A stretch of DNA of 55,282 nucleotides, from positions 1 to 55,282 of the IMG/VR virus record IMGVR_UViG_3300035659_000016. One strand, 5' to 3'. The stretch is from a virus. Lineage: Duplodnaviria; Caudoviricetes. The notes under the pieces were generated by a model. It saw only the letters and a program-made list of their open reading frames with translations. It did not search any database and had not been told where the DNA came from. A program made the position numbers and the translations under genes. Positions 1 to 10,638 of the stretch are shown in pieces (the stretch's first letter is position 1; each line of letters starts with the position of its first letter).

Positions 1-207
1 GCCAGAAGTCCATGTTCGCTGTCTCGGGGTTGGGTGATGCTCTGGGTTGGTTGGTTGGTAAAACGGGTGAGGTGGTGCGCGGCTGGCAAGCCATGGCCAT
101 TGCCAACCAGGCTTACCTCGAGGCTATACGCGAGGGCAAGTCGCATCAAGAGGCCCAGAACATCGCGATTCAAGCTGGCCACGACGTGGTGATGGGCTAC
201 AGTCAGG
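1..207. repeat. Terminal direct repeat (copy 1), most likely assembly overlap of a circular contig
   Basis: 1-207 equals 55076-55282 except A105/G55180; lies inside the tape-measure ORF. Confidence 0.95.
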
Positions 208-1880
208 CTGTGCAGGACGCGTCCCACCAACTAGTGGTCTTTGCGGACGCGGCAGAGCGGGCGTACGAACGTCTCGCCCCGCTCGACAGTATCTTTGCCT
301 CCATCGCCAACCAGAACGCCGCGATCGATTTGATGGCACAGTTCACGAGTCTATCACACGAGGAAGCGGCCGTCGTTCTAGACGAAGTTAGCAGCCACAA
401 GGAGTTGGCGGGCGAGCTAGCCAAGCAGGTCCAGCTGGTAGAGCAGGACATCATCGCCATCGAGGCCCTGACGGCTGCTGGTATGGACGCCAGCAACGCT
501 ATCTACAATCTGCAGGTCCACACCGAGGCGCTGAACGATGCACTGGCGCAGTTCCGCAACGCCGTAGCTTACGCAGAAGCTCTGGAGGACTTTGCCAAGT
601 TGGCGGAGAACGCAGCCAAGGCTCAGGCCGACATTCTCAAGGCCCAACGCGACACGGACGTAGCTCGTGCGCAGTCACGGCGACAACTCTCGGAGCAATT
701 GGACGAGCTCGCGTTCAGGGACGCCGAGAACGAAATCAAGTATCAGCAGAACGTAGCCAAGGCAAATCGTTCTCTGAACGACGATATCTACAAGGCCAAC
801 CGTGATCTCAGCGATGCCATGGCCGACAATGCCTTGCGCCTAGCAGACTCCGAGTTCGACGCACAGCGAACGCTCACAAACGCCCTCAACGACCTCGCCT
901 ACGACCATCTAAAGGACGAACAAGCGATTGCGCAGGGCATCGTCAACGCGCGCATCAAAGCAGCCGACGACATCGAGAGTGCATGGCGCGATATGTTGGA
1001 GGCCCTGGCGGCGTTGGATTGGCAGACGGGTCAGGACGTCCAGGATGCCAAGACCGCCAACGAGAAAGAGAAGATCCTGGAGCGGGCCACCTTCGAGCGT
1101 GCCCAGGTTCAGCAGAAGTTCGCGGACTCGTTGTTGTCAGCCAACAACGACATCACCAACGCCATGCGGGTTGCGAAAACCAAAGAGGAGTTGGCTGACG
1201 AAGACTATGCCCACCAGATGGATCTCGACACGCGACGCTATAGGGAGCAGCTGGCCGATGCCGAGCGTACCTTCGCGGAAACGACTGCTAGTGCCCAGCG
1301 CAGCAACCGAGAGCAGATCGCGGATGCACAATTGCGCAACGCAGAGCAACTCTCCGACCTACAGCAAAGCCTAGACAACGAAGCGCGCATGCTCGAGCAC
1401 CAACGTATGGTGGTACAACAGAACAATGCCAATCGTCTCTCGGACCTGGATGCGCGTCTGGCCCGCGAGATGGAAGACATCGATGCGCGCTACCAGCACG
1501 AGCGCGATCAAATCTTGGCCACGACTACCTATGCTGAGCAGATGTACCTGTATCTGATTGCGTTTCAGCAAACCCTGGACATCATTGGGGGCGTCATGAA
1601 TTCCCTCTCACCTACGGCTGAAGAGATGACGGGGGGCATGGCGGCCGGAGGTGTCTCGGGCATTCCCTCACGTGACTTGGGAGGTGCGGTGGCTGCAGGA
1701 CAGGCAGTCTATGTGGGCGGGCCCGAAATTTTCGTTCCGCAGACGGCGGGTACCATGGTACCTATGAACAATGTGCGTTCGGTTACTGGAAACACTTTCA
1801 ACTTTATGATACCGGCGACCAACCCTCAGGCCTACGCGGAAGCGGTTCGCGTAGTAATGGAGCAGGAGGTGTGGCATTGA
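1..1880 (+). CDS. Tape measure protein, C-terminal part (continues from 54268 across the origin; ~895 aa total)
   Basis: Ala/Gln/Asp-rich helical sequence; C-terminal GG.V..G....VGGPEIFVP motif typical of TMPs; in frame with ATG 54268; follows the tail chaperone. Confidence 0.85.
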   Translation, partial: QKSMFAVSGLGDALGWLVGKTGEVVRGWQAMAIANQAYLEAIREGKSHQEAQNIAIQAGHDVVMGYSQAVQDASHQLVVFADAAERAYERLAPLDSIFASIANQNAAIDLMAQFTSLSHEEAAVVLDEVSSHKELAGELAKQVQLVEQDIIAIEALTAAGMDASNAIYNLQVHTEALNDALAQFRNAVAYAEALEDFAKLAENAAKAQADILKAQRDTDVARAQSRRQLSEQLDELAFRDAENEIKYQQNVAKANRSLNDDIYKANRDLSDAMADNALRLADSEFDAQRTLTNALNDLAYDHLKDEQAIAQGIVNARIKAADDIESAWRDMLEALAALDWQTGQDVQDAKTANEKEKILERATFERAQVQQKFADSLLSANNDITNAMRVAKTKEELADEDYAHQMDLDTRRYREQLADAERTFAETTASAQRSNREQIADAQLRNAEQLSDLQQSLDNEARMLEHQRMVVQQNNANRLSDLDARLAREMEDIDARYQHERDQILATTTYAEQMYLYLIAFQQTLDIIGGVMNSLSPTAEEMTGGMAAGGVSGIPSRDLGGAVAAGQAVYVGGPEIFVPQTAGTMVPMNNVRSVTGNTFNFMIPATNPQAYAEAVRVVMEQEVWH

Positions 1881-2314
1881 TTTGGCTAGGGGGACACGGA
1901 TTTCACGTCGATCGCACAGGTTACAGCGACCCTCCGGTAGCCTTGGCCGCCAAGGCGGTTGGGCTGACGGGGGCTTTGCTGACCCTTGAGACTACTAAGT
2001 TCAAGCACGAACTGAGCATCACTCTGAACGTCTCGCAACCGGAGTACGAACTGCTGAAGACCCTGTTCAGTTACTGCCACTACTATCCCACAGGCTTTTT
2101 GGACTTTGTGGATGCCACCGGCGTGCAATGGCTAGTCGCTGCGGGAGTAGATACGATTACCAAGCGATTCAGTACCGGGGTGTGGTTCGATTCGTTAGGG
2201 GACGCACGGGCAGCTACGGAGGCGCTGTTCGACCCTGCTGACAGTGTACTCTGGGACCCACACCGTCGCTTCACCACCACACTGCGATTGACCATCAACG
2301 AGAGTGACCTATGA
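1871..2314 (+). CDS. Putative distal tail (Dit-like) protein
   Basis: 147 aa directly after TMP with overlapping start and GGAG RBS; positional call only. Confidence 0.5.
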   Translation: MALIWLGGHGFHVDRTGYSDPPVALAAKAVGLTGALLTLETTKFKHELSITLNVSQPEYELLKTLFSYCHYYPTGFLDFVDATGVQWLVAAGVDTITKRFSTGVWFDSLGDARAATEALFDPADSVLWDPHRRFTTTLRLTINESDL

Positions 2315-5300
2315 GAACCGGGGTAGTCGAAGCCCGTATCCATGCTGCGGCCACGAGTGGTCATGCGACGCTCACGACGCTGCCTAATCAGGCACTGCTC
2401 AACGACTGGCGTCTGCGCGGATTTGCAGCGACAGTGCTAGGTGGGGCTTGGGCTGCCCCGACAACTGTGTATAGCATTGTCGCCGATGCAGGTCTAGGGG
2501 ACCACATTGAGAAGGGTGGGGTGCCCTGGAATCTGGGTTACCAGGACTTGGGACACAACACCCCAGTCACCCTACCGGATGGCACAACCGACGCCACGTC
2601 GCCTGTTTCCTCTGTGGCCCTCTCGGTGACCGAAGACCTGATTTGCTTTTACGCCAACCATTTGCTGAATGACTTTTATACCGGTGTTTATGTGATGCGC
2701 GTCAAGGACGATGGCGCGGGACACATCTATTGGGGCGATCCGATACCTGTGCCACCCCTGTGCGACGCGATTGACGATCTAAATGCACTGTCCCAGTTCT
2801 TCGTCACGTTCCCACGCTTGCAGGTTATAAACGGCGAGTACTGGATTCTTGCCCTCGAAGCGTCGCGACAGTCGAACATTATCACGTACCACCTGTGCTA
2901 CTTCCACTCGAGTGATGGTGAGCACTGGTCGGACCGTGAATATCTGGTGGGGGTCTCAAACGATCCGGCGGAGACGAACGTCGGCATCAACTCGCACTTG
3001 GTGGTTGGGACACCCACACCCTTTGTTCTGAACAACCTACGGCACGCGTACCTCTACATCGATGTCGCCGGGATGTATTGCTATATTGTCAGCAAGTTGG
3101 GGGCGTCGAACTTCCGCTGCCCAGCAACAACACTAGTAGGTGTCACGAACCCGTCCCTACAACAAGACCTAACTGCGGATATCCTTAGTCGTAACCCGTC
3201 CACACCTGCAGCACCTTCGGCGATGCAGGGTAACTATCCGCTGTTCAACAGCGCTGGGAAATACAATGCACACCCCTTACTCGTCCCTGGTGCGCAGATC
3301 ATTAGTAAGGCGGGCTATAATAGCGACCTGATAACGATCGGAACGGAGTTGATCGACGAAACGCGACAGGTGACCGCTGTAGACGCAAATGGTGTAGCAC
3401 AAAACGCTCTCGCGTTGCAGATGATTGACCTGACGGGGTATCTACGCGATTGGTTCGCAGACACCTTCATTGAGTACGACTCGCCCAAGCAGGCGGTCTA
3501 TGACCTCCTTTGCGACTTCACTGGGCTGACACTGATCAATCAAGCGGGCTTTTCGATTGACAACAGTGCCAACTTGCGGGTCAACATGATCGACCCAAAC
3601 TCACCGACACCCGACAACTTAGCCTTCATTCACGTTGTCCGAACAGTCAATGGAATGATGGAGTTGCAGTGGCGCATTACGCAGTCGCTAACTGATCACT
3701 ACGTCTACATCTCTTTGCAGGGGACGGAGCAATGTAATGATTACTACGCTGTCGTCTATGACGGCAACTCGCAAACCTTCCAACTGTGGCGGGCCACTCC
3801 GTCAACACAACCCTATAAGATTTTGGAGTATGGAGCGTCGCTACAAACATCAGGGGTCGTAGCACTGAACCCCGACGTAGATTACTGGCTGCGCGCGGCA
3901 CAGTTCCACAACCGTGTAGTGGCGTGGCACTCGTCGGACCGCATCACTTGGACGAAGGTCATCGACTACGCAGGCGTCACAGCGAACAAGGGCTACTGGG
4001 GTCTCGGTGGCAAGGCGACGGGTCTAATCGCACCCGCCATTGGTAACAGCGATGCCTATGGTGGTGCCCAACCGCTCTACAGTGGTGCGAACCCGATCAT
4101 GGTGGCCCTGCGAGTGCAGACGGGTGCCTTCCCTTCGAGCCTCATTGCACTGGGTGCTATCGTGGGCCAGACGGGCAACCCCGGCAACCTAGTGATCGGG
4201 CTGGGAGCGGATAATGGGGCGGGAACGTATCCAGCGAACCTGACGAACGACGCTAACGTAGTATGGCGGGGGGAGCTAGCCTCCACGTTGGTATCCGACC
4301 CTCTGTACCCTGCTTGGGGACCCGCCGTAGGTCCTGACACGGATGTGGAACTTGCCACCTCTACCTACTTCTGGGTCTACTTGACGTTTGAGGGCACCCT
4401 GGGGGTTGGACAGGTGTGGGACTGGTTCACGCAAGACCCCGATACACTGCCGTATGGAAGTGGTCTTACCAAAGTGTCGACCGACGGTGGGGCCACGTGG
4501 AGCGACGCGGCTAGTTCGGTGGCATTAGCGGCGCTACTCTTTGTGGCCTATGATTACGGCCACCCCCGCTTTGCTTCTTTCTATTGGTCTAGTGGCGAAA
4601 TGCCGCGCGATCTAGAGTACATTGCCAAGGCCATTGCAGCCCAAGCGAGTATCCTGACGGCAACACCGGACTCGTTTTTGGTTACGGCAGATTTGGTCTT
4701 GGGAGGAGACAGCATCCTATGGCAACCCACGGTCTACGGAATGCTAGGGGACTTCACGCTAGATGCTGATGGGGTGATTGATAACGGGTGGGTGGGGGAA
4801 GTTCTCTTTCGTGCCAGTGCGATTGGCGGAGGTGTAGGAAACGGCTACCGTGTGCGACTTATACCCGCCACACAAAAAATCGAGATTTACGAGCCGAGCG
4901 CGGTGTTGGCTCTGAGTGTGGACTCACTACAGTACATCCCAGTAGGGGTAGCATTTCATCTAACCCTAGTCAACTGGGCGAAATGGATCTACATCTACAT
5001 TAACGGTTGCCTAGCCACGACGTGCTATAATGAAAACCTGACGACGCTGGGTTACTTCGGACTACTGCACACACACACAGCCTGGACGAATGTAAGGATA
5101 CCTGATATGCTACCCATCAAGCCGCTCTTCAACATCAACGCCAACGCCAACGCGCTGACCGCCCTGGCGGACTTGTTTGCCAAGACCAAATACCGCTATT
5201 TCATCCGCTACGATGGCAGCCTACGGATGGGCTCGTTCCCCAACCGTACCAGCGTAGCTACGTACTCCGCCACTCTGACCCAAGCGGAAAAGGTAGAAAC

Positions 5301-5673
5301 GGCACGGTACGCGTTCAGCCATCTTCGTGCCCAGGGAGGCCAGTACGCCGACCGGTTCTCCGCAGCTGCATTAGACAAGCAGGGTCGACGTCGCTTTCAA
5401 GTGGTCGACTTTACCTCCTCGTTCAGTAACGAAGACGCCTACCGCGACAGCGACTTGGCTCTGCGGCAGGCTGCGGAGAAGGATTCGCAGTTGACCATGG
5501 ACATGTATCTAGTTGACTTTTGCCTGGAGCGCGAGGACCGCATTACGGTAGTGGATCCCAGTTCGGGTGTCAGTGCAGACTACGTCGTCAACGATATTGC
5601 GGTGCCGCAATTGCAAGTCTCGCCCAAGCCCAGTGCTGCCGGCCAGGTGGGGTTGAGGAAGTTCGTAACATGA
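2311..5673 (+). CDS. Large tail tip/hub protein with inserted beta-rich (lectin-like) domains
   Basis: 1120 aa, ATGA overlap; Asp-box-like SSDGEHW and STDGGATW; C-terminal LEREDRITV hub-like segment. Confidence 0.6.
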   Translation: MRTGVVEARIHAAATSGHATLTTLPNQALLNDWRLRGFAATVLGGAWAAPTTVYSIVADAGLGDHIEKGGVPWNLGYQDLGHNTPVTLPDGTTDATSPVSSVALSVTEDLICFYANHLLNDFYTGVYVMRVKDDGAGHIYWGDPIPVPPLCDAIDDLNALSQFFVTFPRLQVINGEYWILALEASRQSNIITYHLCYFHSSDGEHWSDREYLVGVSNDPAETNVGINSHLVVGTPTPFVLNNLRHAYLYIDVAGMYCYIVSKLGASNFRCPATTLVGVTNPSLQQDLTADILSRNPSTPAAPSAMQGNYPLFNSAGKYNAHPLLVPGAQIISKAGYNSDLITIGTELIDETRQVTAVDANGVAQNALALQMIDLTGYLRDWFADTFIEYDSPKQAVYDLLCDFTGLTLINQAGFSIDNSANLRVNMIDPNSPTPDNLAFIHVVRTVNGMMELQWRITQSLTDHYVYISLQGTEQCNDYYAVVYDGNSQTFQLWRATPSTQPYKILEYGASLQTSGVVALNPDVDYWLRAAQFHNRVVAWHSSDRITWTKVIDYAGVTANKGYWGLGGKATGLIAPAIGNSDAYGGAQPLYSGANPIMVALRVQTGAFPSSLIALGAIVGQTGNPGNLVIGLGADNGAGTYPANLTNDANVVWRGELASTLVSDPLYPAWGPAVGPDTDVELATSTYFWVYLTFEGTLGVGQVWDWFTQDPDTLPYGSGLTKVSTDGGATWSDAASSVALAALLFVAYDYGHPRFASFYWSSGEMPRDLEYIAKAIAAQASILTATPDSFLVTADLVLGGDSILWQPTVYGMLGDFTLDADGVIDNGWVGEVLFRASAIGGGVGNGYRVRLIPATQKIEIYEPSAVLALSVDSLQYIPVGVAFHLTLVNWAKWIYIYINGCLATTCYNENLTTLGYFGLLHTHTAWTNVRIPDMLPIKPLFNINANANALTALADLFAKTKYRYFIRYDGSLRMGSFPNRTSVATYSATLTQAEKVETARYAFSHLRAQGGQYADRFSAAALDKQGRRRFQVVDFTSSFSNEDAYRDSDLALRQAAEKDSQLTMDMYLVDFCLEREDRITVVDPSSGVSADYVVNDIAVPQLQVSPKPSAAGQVGLRKFVT

Positions 5674-7631
5674 GACGCACCCTAGCCGACATACAGAAGC
5701 AGTTCGTTCAGAGGAATCTGCCACAGGTTAATACCTACTGGGCGCAGATAACCCAAGTGTTGTTCCCTGCGCATGCGTTCAAAGTCAACGCCAGTGGCTA
5801 CTCGGGGCCGAGTGTTGTGTATGCCGATGCTTCCATCGACTTTGGGACTTTACAACAACCCAAAGTCTTTCGCGGTAACAAGTGTAAGATCGAACGCGAT
5901 ACCCTGACGGGTGATTGGCACGCCTCCGCGTATAGTGTGGCGGAGAATTGTGCGCCGACGACCATTCCAGGACCGCCGAACGTGCCACTGCCAGTCTACG
6001 TACCGCCCTACACTCCGATTCCGGTTCCGCCGTTTCCACCGCTGCCACCGCTACCACCGTTCCCTCCGTGGCCGCCGATACCCACACCCAAGCCAAAACC
6101 GCCACCGACACCACCACCCACCCCAGGCAAGGGTGACTTGCTCTATGCGACCAGTGACAAGAGAGGCGTCGCAAAGTGTGTGCTGGCATATTCAGGGACA
6201 CCTGTTTGGTCGTCGATATGTACGACGAGATTGATTTCCGCGATTCCGACGGCGGAAATTATTCAAACGCTTGATATCGTGAATGGTGCGGATACGGCAT
6301 TTCTTACCGACCTAGCGATTGGTGACCGCATCGTCAGTACCTCGGGAGCCATTGACGGCAATGTAACGAATATCGCTACAGATACGGAGTGTACTGTTGA
6401 CTCAACGGGTAATCATGGTGCCGAGACATTTGTGATGTACAAACTGAAAGCGAATTTGTTGAATCCCAATGCTCTCAAAATTCGTGCTTTCAATCTTGAC
6501 CCCTGGTCAGTTTCGGGTGACCATTTTACGCGGGCATGGGCATTGACCGATGATGGTATCTACCGATGCGATGGCTTGCCCAACGCAGGCGTATGGACGC
6601 GGAAACTGTCGCGCGCGGAAATAGCGACACTGACCGGCAAACCAATTGGCGAACTATGTTTTCCGCGTTCACTGTTACTGAGCGTTCGATTGTCGGGGCT
6701 CGTGGCGATTTTAGTAAAGTGGTGGAATGGAGGCCCATCTACGCCGTCACAAATATACACCATCTACTCACTTGATTCTGGCACGACCTGGGCCTGCAAC
6801 AAGACGAAATACATCTTGTCCGGCTGGGGTTTTGACCTCAACGGTTCTTTTTTGCACGCATCATTTCATTTGGACAATATGTACTATATGGTGGGACAGA
6901 TGTGGGGCAATGAGGGTGGATTTTTCCCGAAAGGGTCTTATGCCGGGATTGCCGTGGTCAAGTCTAATGACCTACAATCTTGGAGTGCCGCGCAGCAACT
7001 CTACTCGCCGCTAAACTACGAGTGGGGGACCGAACTTGCACAACCTTATTGTGACTCAAGTGGAAACTTCTACGCAGATGACAAGAGGATGTACGTGTTT
7101 GGCATGGAGTATGGCAATGGCACACATGCCCTGAGAAAATATATATCGTTCTGTGACCCTCCTTATCCTGCTGTTCCACCACCCACAGTGGCTGTGATTG
7201 GCAATGCGGCAATGGACTGGGGACATTCAAGTTTCGGTGATCTTCCCTGTCCGTACAAGTTATTCATCCACATGTTCAACGAGAACCGGATGGTGAGCAT
7301 TGGGCAGCATGGCACTGCGCCCGTCCCGATTTGGACATCACTCAACGGCGGCGGGGCATGGACGCAGATTGCCGCACCCGTTATTGCGGGACGAACATCT
7401 GGTGTGCCAACCAGTCTGTTTATGATTCCATGTGAACAACCAACGTTTTTCGCCGTCGCGCCTGTAGCCGCTGGCGGTGGCTTCGCCATGCCAATGATGA
7501 CGAAAAACTTTGGTGCAAATTGGACAGACATCTCGCGCGTGGGTTTCGCTGATGGCATGGATACCGTGTTGGGACTCACCGCGGGCAATATGAATGCTTC
7601 ATTCATTATCATTGATTATTATAAAGTATGA
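5670..7631 (+). CDS. Tail-associated receptor-binding protein: Pro-rich linker plus BNR/Asp-box propeller
   Basis: ATG 5670 overlaps previous stop; PPFPPLPPLPP linker; SLDSGTTW, SLNGGGAW, TKNFGANW Asp-boxes. Confidence 0.6.
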   Translation: MRRTLADIQKQFVQRNLPQVNTYWAQITQVLFPAHAFKVNASGYSGPSVVYADASIDFGTLQQPKVFRGNKCKIERDTLTGDWHASAYSVAENCAPTTIPGPPNVPLPVYVPPYTPIPVPPFPPLPPLPPFPPWPPIPTPKPKPPPTPPPTPGKGDLLYATSDKRGVAKCVLAYSGTPVWSSICTTRLISAIPTAEIIQTLDIVNGADTAFLTDLAIGDRIVSTSGAIDGNVTNIATDTECTVDSTGNHGAETFVMYKLKANLLNPNALKIRAFNLDPWSVSGDHFTRAWALTDDGIYRCDGLPNAGVWTRKLSRAEIATLTGKPIGELCFPRSLLLSVRLSGLVAILVKWWNGGPSTPSQIYTIYSLDSGTTWACNKTKYILSGWGFDLNGSFLHASFHLDNMYYMVGQMWGNEGGFFPKGSYAGIAVVKSNDLQSWSAAQQLYSPLNYEWGTELAQPYCDSSGNFYADDKRMYVFGMEYGNGTHALRKYISFCDPPYPAVPPPTVAVIGNAAMDWGHSSFGDLPCPYKLFIHMFNENRMVSIGQHGTAPVPIWTSLNGGGAWTQIAAPVIAGRTSGVPTSLFMIPCEQPTFFAVAPVAAGGGFAMPMMTKNFGANWTDISRVGFADGMDTVLGLTAGNMNASFIIIDYYKV

Positions 7632-7814
7632 CCACACTCACAGCCAGCCGGCACTGCCGGCTACGCATTGCCATGTTTCACCCCAAACCTGGGTACTACC
7701 TTGATTGATATTTCCTGCGCAGGCACAGCAGGTGCATTGGACGCGTTACTGGGACTGACGCAGGTAGCCGATATGGATAATTCAACGATATTCGTGGATT
7801 ACTATAACCCCTAG
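7632..7814 (+). pseudogene. Start-less in-frame paralogous copy of the last ~55 aa of the 5670-7631 protein
   Basis: Translates GYALPCFTPNLGTTLIDISCAGTAGALDALLGLTQVADMDNSTIFVDYYNP* versus GFAMPMMTKNFGANWTDISRVGFADGMDTVLGLTAGNMNASFIIIDYYKV*. Confidence 0.75.
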
Positions 7815-7822
7815 GGGATGAC

Positions 7823-10120
7823 ATGGGTGCGATCTACTACGACATTAGCCAAAGGATGTCGCTTTACCAGCAGGACATCTATCAGCGTTCGCTGACGACT
7901 TTGCGTGCACATGCGCAGACCGTGCCAGACCTAACGCTATACATTGACGCGGGTGCGGTCAACATCATGGGTCGTCACTTCGAGTGGGACGGCGGGAACT
8001 CACCACCCTTCGTTCCACCTGTCTCTGCTGGTATGGCGCGGATTGACGTCCTGTATATGGCTTATGATGGACTGTTCCATATCATCACGGGGACGGAAGT
8101 GCCAACCCCCTTCACCCCCCCTGTGCCTACCGCGCCCGACAGTGTACTACTGCTGGCTGAAGTCCAGCTGTACTATGGTCAAACGGAGATTGTAGAGAGC
8201 GACATCGTTTTCGACCCACGCGAATTTTTGTCGGTAGCAAATGGCGTCATCGAAACGTGGTCCTACGCTAACGCAGCAGCGCGCACGGGTGCAACGGGCT
8301 TTGTAGCAAACGATGTGGGTCGTGTTGCGTATCAGCAGGACAACACCACGTACTGGCGACTCACGGCAGTAACACCAACGTGGGTACAGATCGCGGGCGC
8401 CGTAGGCATTGCGCACAACATTTTTTCGGCGACGCACAGCGACACATTGGCAGGTTCGGTACTCGATGGTGACATCCCGATTGGCAACGTCACGCCGAAA
8501 TTGTCACGGCTCGCGATTTCGATTCCTGCCGCGAATGTGCGGAACGTGCTAGGTGTAGACAATGCCGAACTGCGTCCGTCGTGGAAGACCACACTGGACG
8601 CAACAAATCCGACGACTATCGCGGCGGGTGCAAGTGCGGCTCCGGGAACATCACTTATCTTTTCGCATCGCGATCACACACACGGCGCGCCGGCAACATG
8701 GCCGGCGACTGCACACGCAATTGATGGCGCGACGCATACCGTTGCAGGGCTCACAGCAGGTCAAGTCCTTCGTGCTACTGCGGCGGCTACGTTTGGGTGG
8801 TCAACGGCAACCTATCCTGATACGGTCGCGAAGGGCGCGTTGGTGGTTGCAACTGATGCAAATGTTCTCGGTGCGCTCGCGGTTGGATTGACAACGGAAA
8901 TCTTGGTCGGTGGTGGCGCGGCAACCGTACCGGCATGGACAACCGCAACAGGTTCGGGCGCGCCAGTACGCGCGACTACGCCAACGCTCATCACGCCCTT
9001 GCTCGGCACGCCCACATCAGGCGTATTGACGAATTGCACGGGACTGCCGATGACAACGGGTGTCACGGGAATTCTACCCTCCGCCAATGGCGGAACGGGT
9101 GTCAACAACGCCGGGACTTTAACAAATGCAACTGCCACAACCATCACGGGCGGCGGCACGCTTGCACTGGGCGGATTCACACTGACATGTCCCGCGACGG
9201 GTACGGTGGCGATGCTCAACCAAGCCAACTCGTTCACGCTGATCAACCCACTGACCACGCTTGCCGAATCGTGGATTGGGCCATCCCCAACTGCCGGTAT
9301 TTATTTCAAGGGCGGCAAATACGGCTTCGGAACGGTGGATCCACAAGCTTTTCTCGACGTGGGAGGAAATCTCATAGGCTCAAACATAGCGACCCCCATC
9401 GCTTTCTTTTCATCGGATACCAACTCCATATCCGGCACAGACGGACGTAACATAAGCAGCGGGACTGCAGCGGAGTTTCGTTTTAGCGTATCGGACAACC
9501 TCGGAACGTCCGGCGACCGCATTCTATTCTCTATGCCGAGTACCGGAAACACAGCGACCCTTTTTGGGCTAACCCGCTCTACATTAGCGTCACTGATAAC
9601 CGTGACCCAGACAGGAGGCAATGGAAGGATTTTTGCAATCGGCACATATAACAACAATGCTGTTCTGTTTGGCACAAATAATGTAGAACGTGTGAGAATT
9701 ACAAGCGGCGGCAACGTCGTGATCGGGGCGACGGTGGCTGCCGGTCTTCTCACGCTTGGCTCGATTCTCGCGCCCGGCATTGGAACGACGCATTTCAGTT
9801 TGCATGATGGAGTAATGGGAGAGCGTTCGTGGTCTATGTCTGGGATAGGTGCAGCCCCACAAACAATCATTGCTGATGGAGTTGGAGATGTTTTACGCAG
9901 AGTTGCAATATGGCTGGTTTGGTATTCGACCGACGGCACGTCTGAGCAAGTAAGTACTACTAGCCTCACTCCCGGAGGAGCAACTGCTGGATATTTTCAA
10001 GATGCAGATGGAGATACGTGGGGATTAACGTGTAGTGCTGGCGGCGCGGTAACAATTGCGCGCACTGGAACCGTTGGGGGACATACGGCTACTGTTGCAA
10101 TTAGATTGATTTGGTTGTAA
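7823..10120 (+). CDS. Tail fibre protein
   Basis: 765 aa, Gly/Thr/Ala-rich; RIDVLY N-terminal motif, HRDHTH, ANGGTG, GFGTVDP and ERVRITSGGNVVIG fibre repeats. Confidence 0.8.
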   Translation: MGAIYYDISQRMSLYQQDIYQRSLTTLRAHAQTVPDLTLYIDAGAVNIMGRHFEWDGGNSPPFVPPVSAGMARIDVLYMAYDGLFHIITGTEVPTPFTPPVPTAPDSVLLLAEVQLYYGQTEIVESDIVFDPREFLSVANGVIETWSYANAAARTGATGFVANDVGRVAYQQDNTTYWRLTAVTPTWVQIAGAVGIAHNIFSATHSDTLAGSVLDGDIPIGNVTPKLSRLAISIPAANVRNVLGVDNAELRPSWKTTLDATNPTTIAAGASAAPGTSLIFSHRDHTHGAPATWPATAHAIDGATHTVAGLTAGQVLRATAAATFGWSTATYPDTVAKGALVVATDANVLGALAVGLTTEILVGGGAATVPAWTTATGSGAPVRATTPTLITPLLGTPTSGVLTNCTGLPMTTGVTGILPSANGGTGVNNAGTLTNATATTITGGGTLALGGFTLTCPATGTVAMLNQANSFTLINPLTTLAESWIGPSPTAGIYFKGGKYGFGTVDPQAFLDVGGNLIGSNIATPIAFFSSDTNSISGTDGRNISSGTAAEFRFSVSDNLGTSGDRILFSMPSTGNTATLFGLTRSTLASLITVTQTGGNGRIFAIGTYNNNAVLFGTNNVERVRITSGGNVVIGATVAAGLLTLGSILAPGIGTTHFSLHDGVMGERSWSMSGIGAAPQTIIADGVGDVLRRVAIWLVWYSTDGTSEQVSTTSLTPGGATAGYFQDADGDTWGLTCSAGGAVTIARTGTVGGHTATVAIRLIWL

Positions 10121-10158
10121 TATTCAATTTAGGTTAACTCGAAAAGGAGGAGAGTACA

Positions 10159-10542
10159 ATGGAAATCAAGGTTAGGCTTTCGGACATTGTGAACGCAGGC
10201 GCAGCACTGAATGACTTGGACGCGCAACGTCCAATTGCACGAGCCGGTCATCTGGTCGCACGAGCGCTCAATGTCATTGTCAAGGAGTTGGAGACGTATG
10301 ACGCGACGCGGCGAGCATTGGCGAAAAAGCATGGTGGCAAGGCGAATCCACAAACAAACCGGTTTGATTTTCCCGAGGGAGCAGAGAACGCGTTCAATGA
10401 CGAACTCCAAGAACTACTCGGAACAGAAATCACGCTGAGCGTGGACAAGGTCAAACGGGACGATTTGGCAGAGTGCAAGCCGTTGGTTGCTACGTGGAGG
10501 CAACTTGCGTGGCTGATTGATGAAAGACCGGTCGCAGAATGA
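10159..10542 (+). CDS. Small helical protein after the fibre (possible fibre chaperone, DUF1617-like)
   Basis: Strong AGGAGG RBS; position after fibre. Confidence 0.45.
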   Translation: MEIKVRLSDIVNAGAALNDLDAQRPIARAGHLVARALNVIVKELETYDATRRALAKKHGGKANPQTNRFDFPEGAENAFNDELQELLGTEITLSVDKVKRDDLAECKPLVATWRQLAWLIDERPVAE

Positions 10543-10622
10543 AGTGGCTGGTCTTGCTTATCTTGTTTCTCGTTTGGTGGATGTGGCGGGAGATCAAGTT
10601 TCGGTCCGAATACGACCGATAA
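10539..10622 (+). CDS. 27-aa single-TM peptide MKWLVLLILFLVWWMWREIKFRSEYDR
   Basis: ATGA overlap with previous stop; fills the gap; below the ORF-track cutoff. Confidence 0.5.
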   Translation: MKWLVLLILFLVWWMWREIKFRSEYDR

Positions 10623-10638
10623 GAAAAAAGAGGTTTCG

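Noticed and set aside
7632-7814. Diversity-generating retroelement template repeat
   Set aside because: No reverse transcriptase in the genome, and the divergence is general rather than adenine-specific
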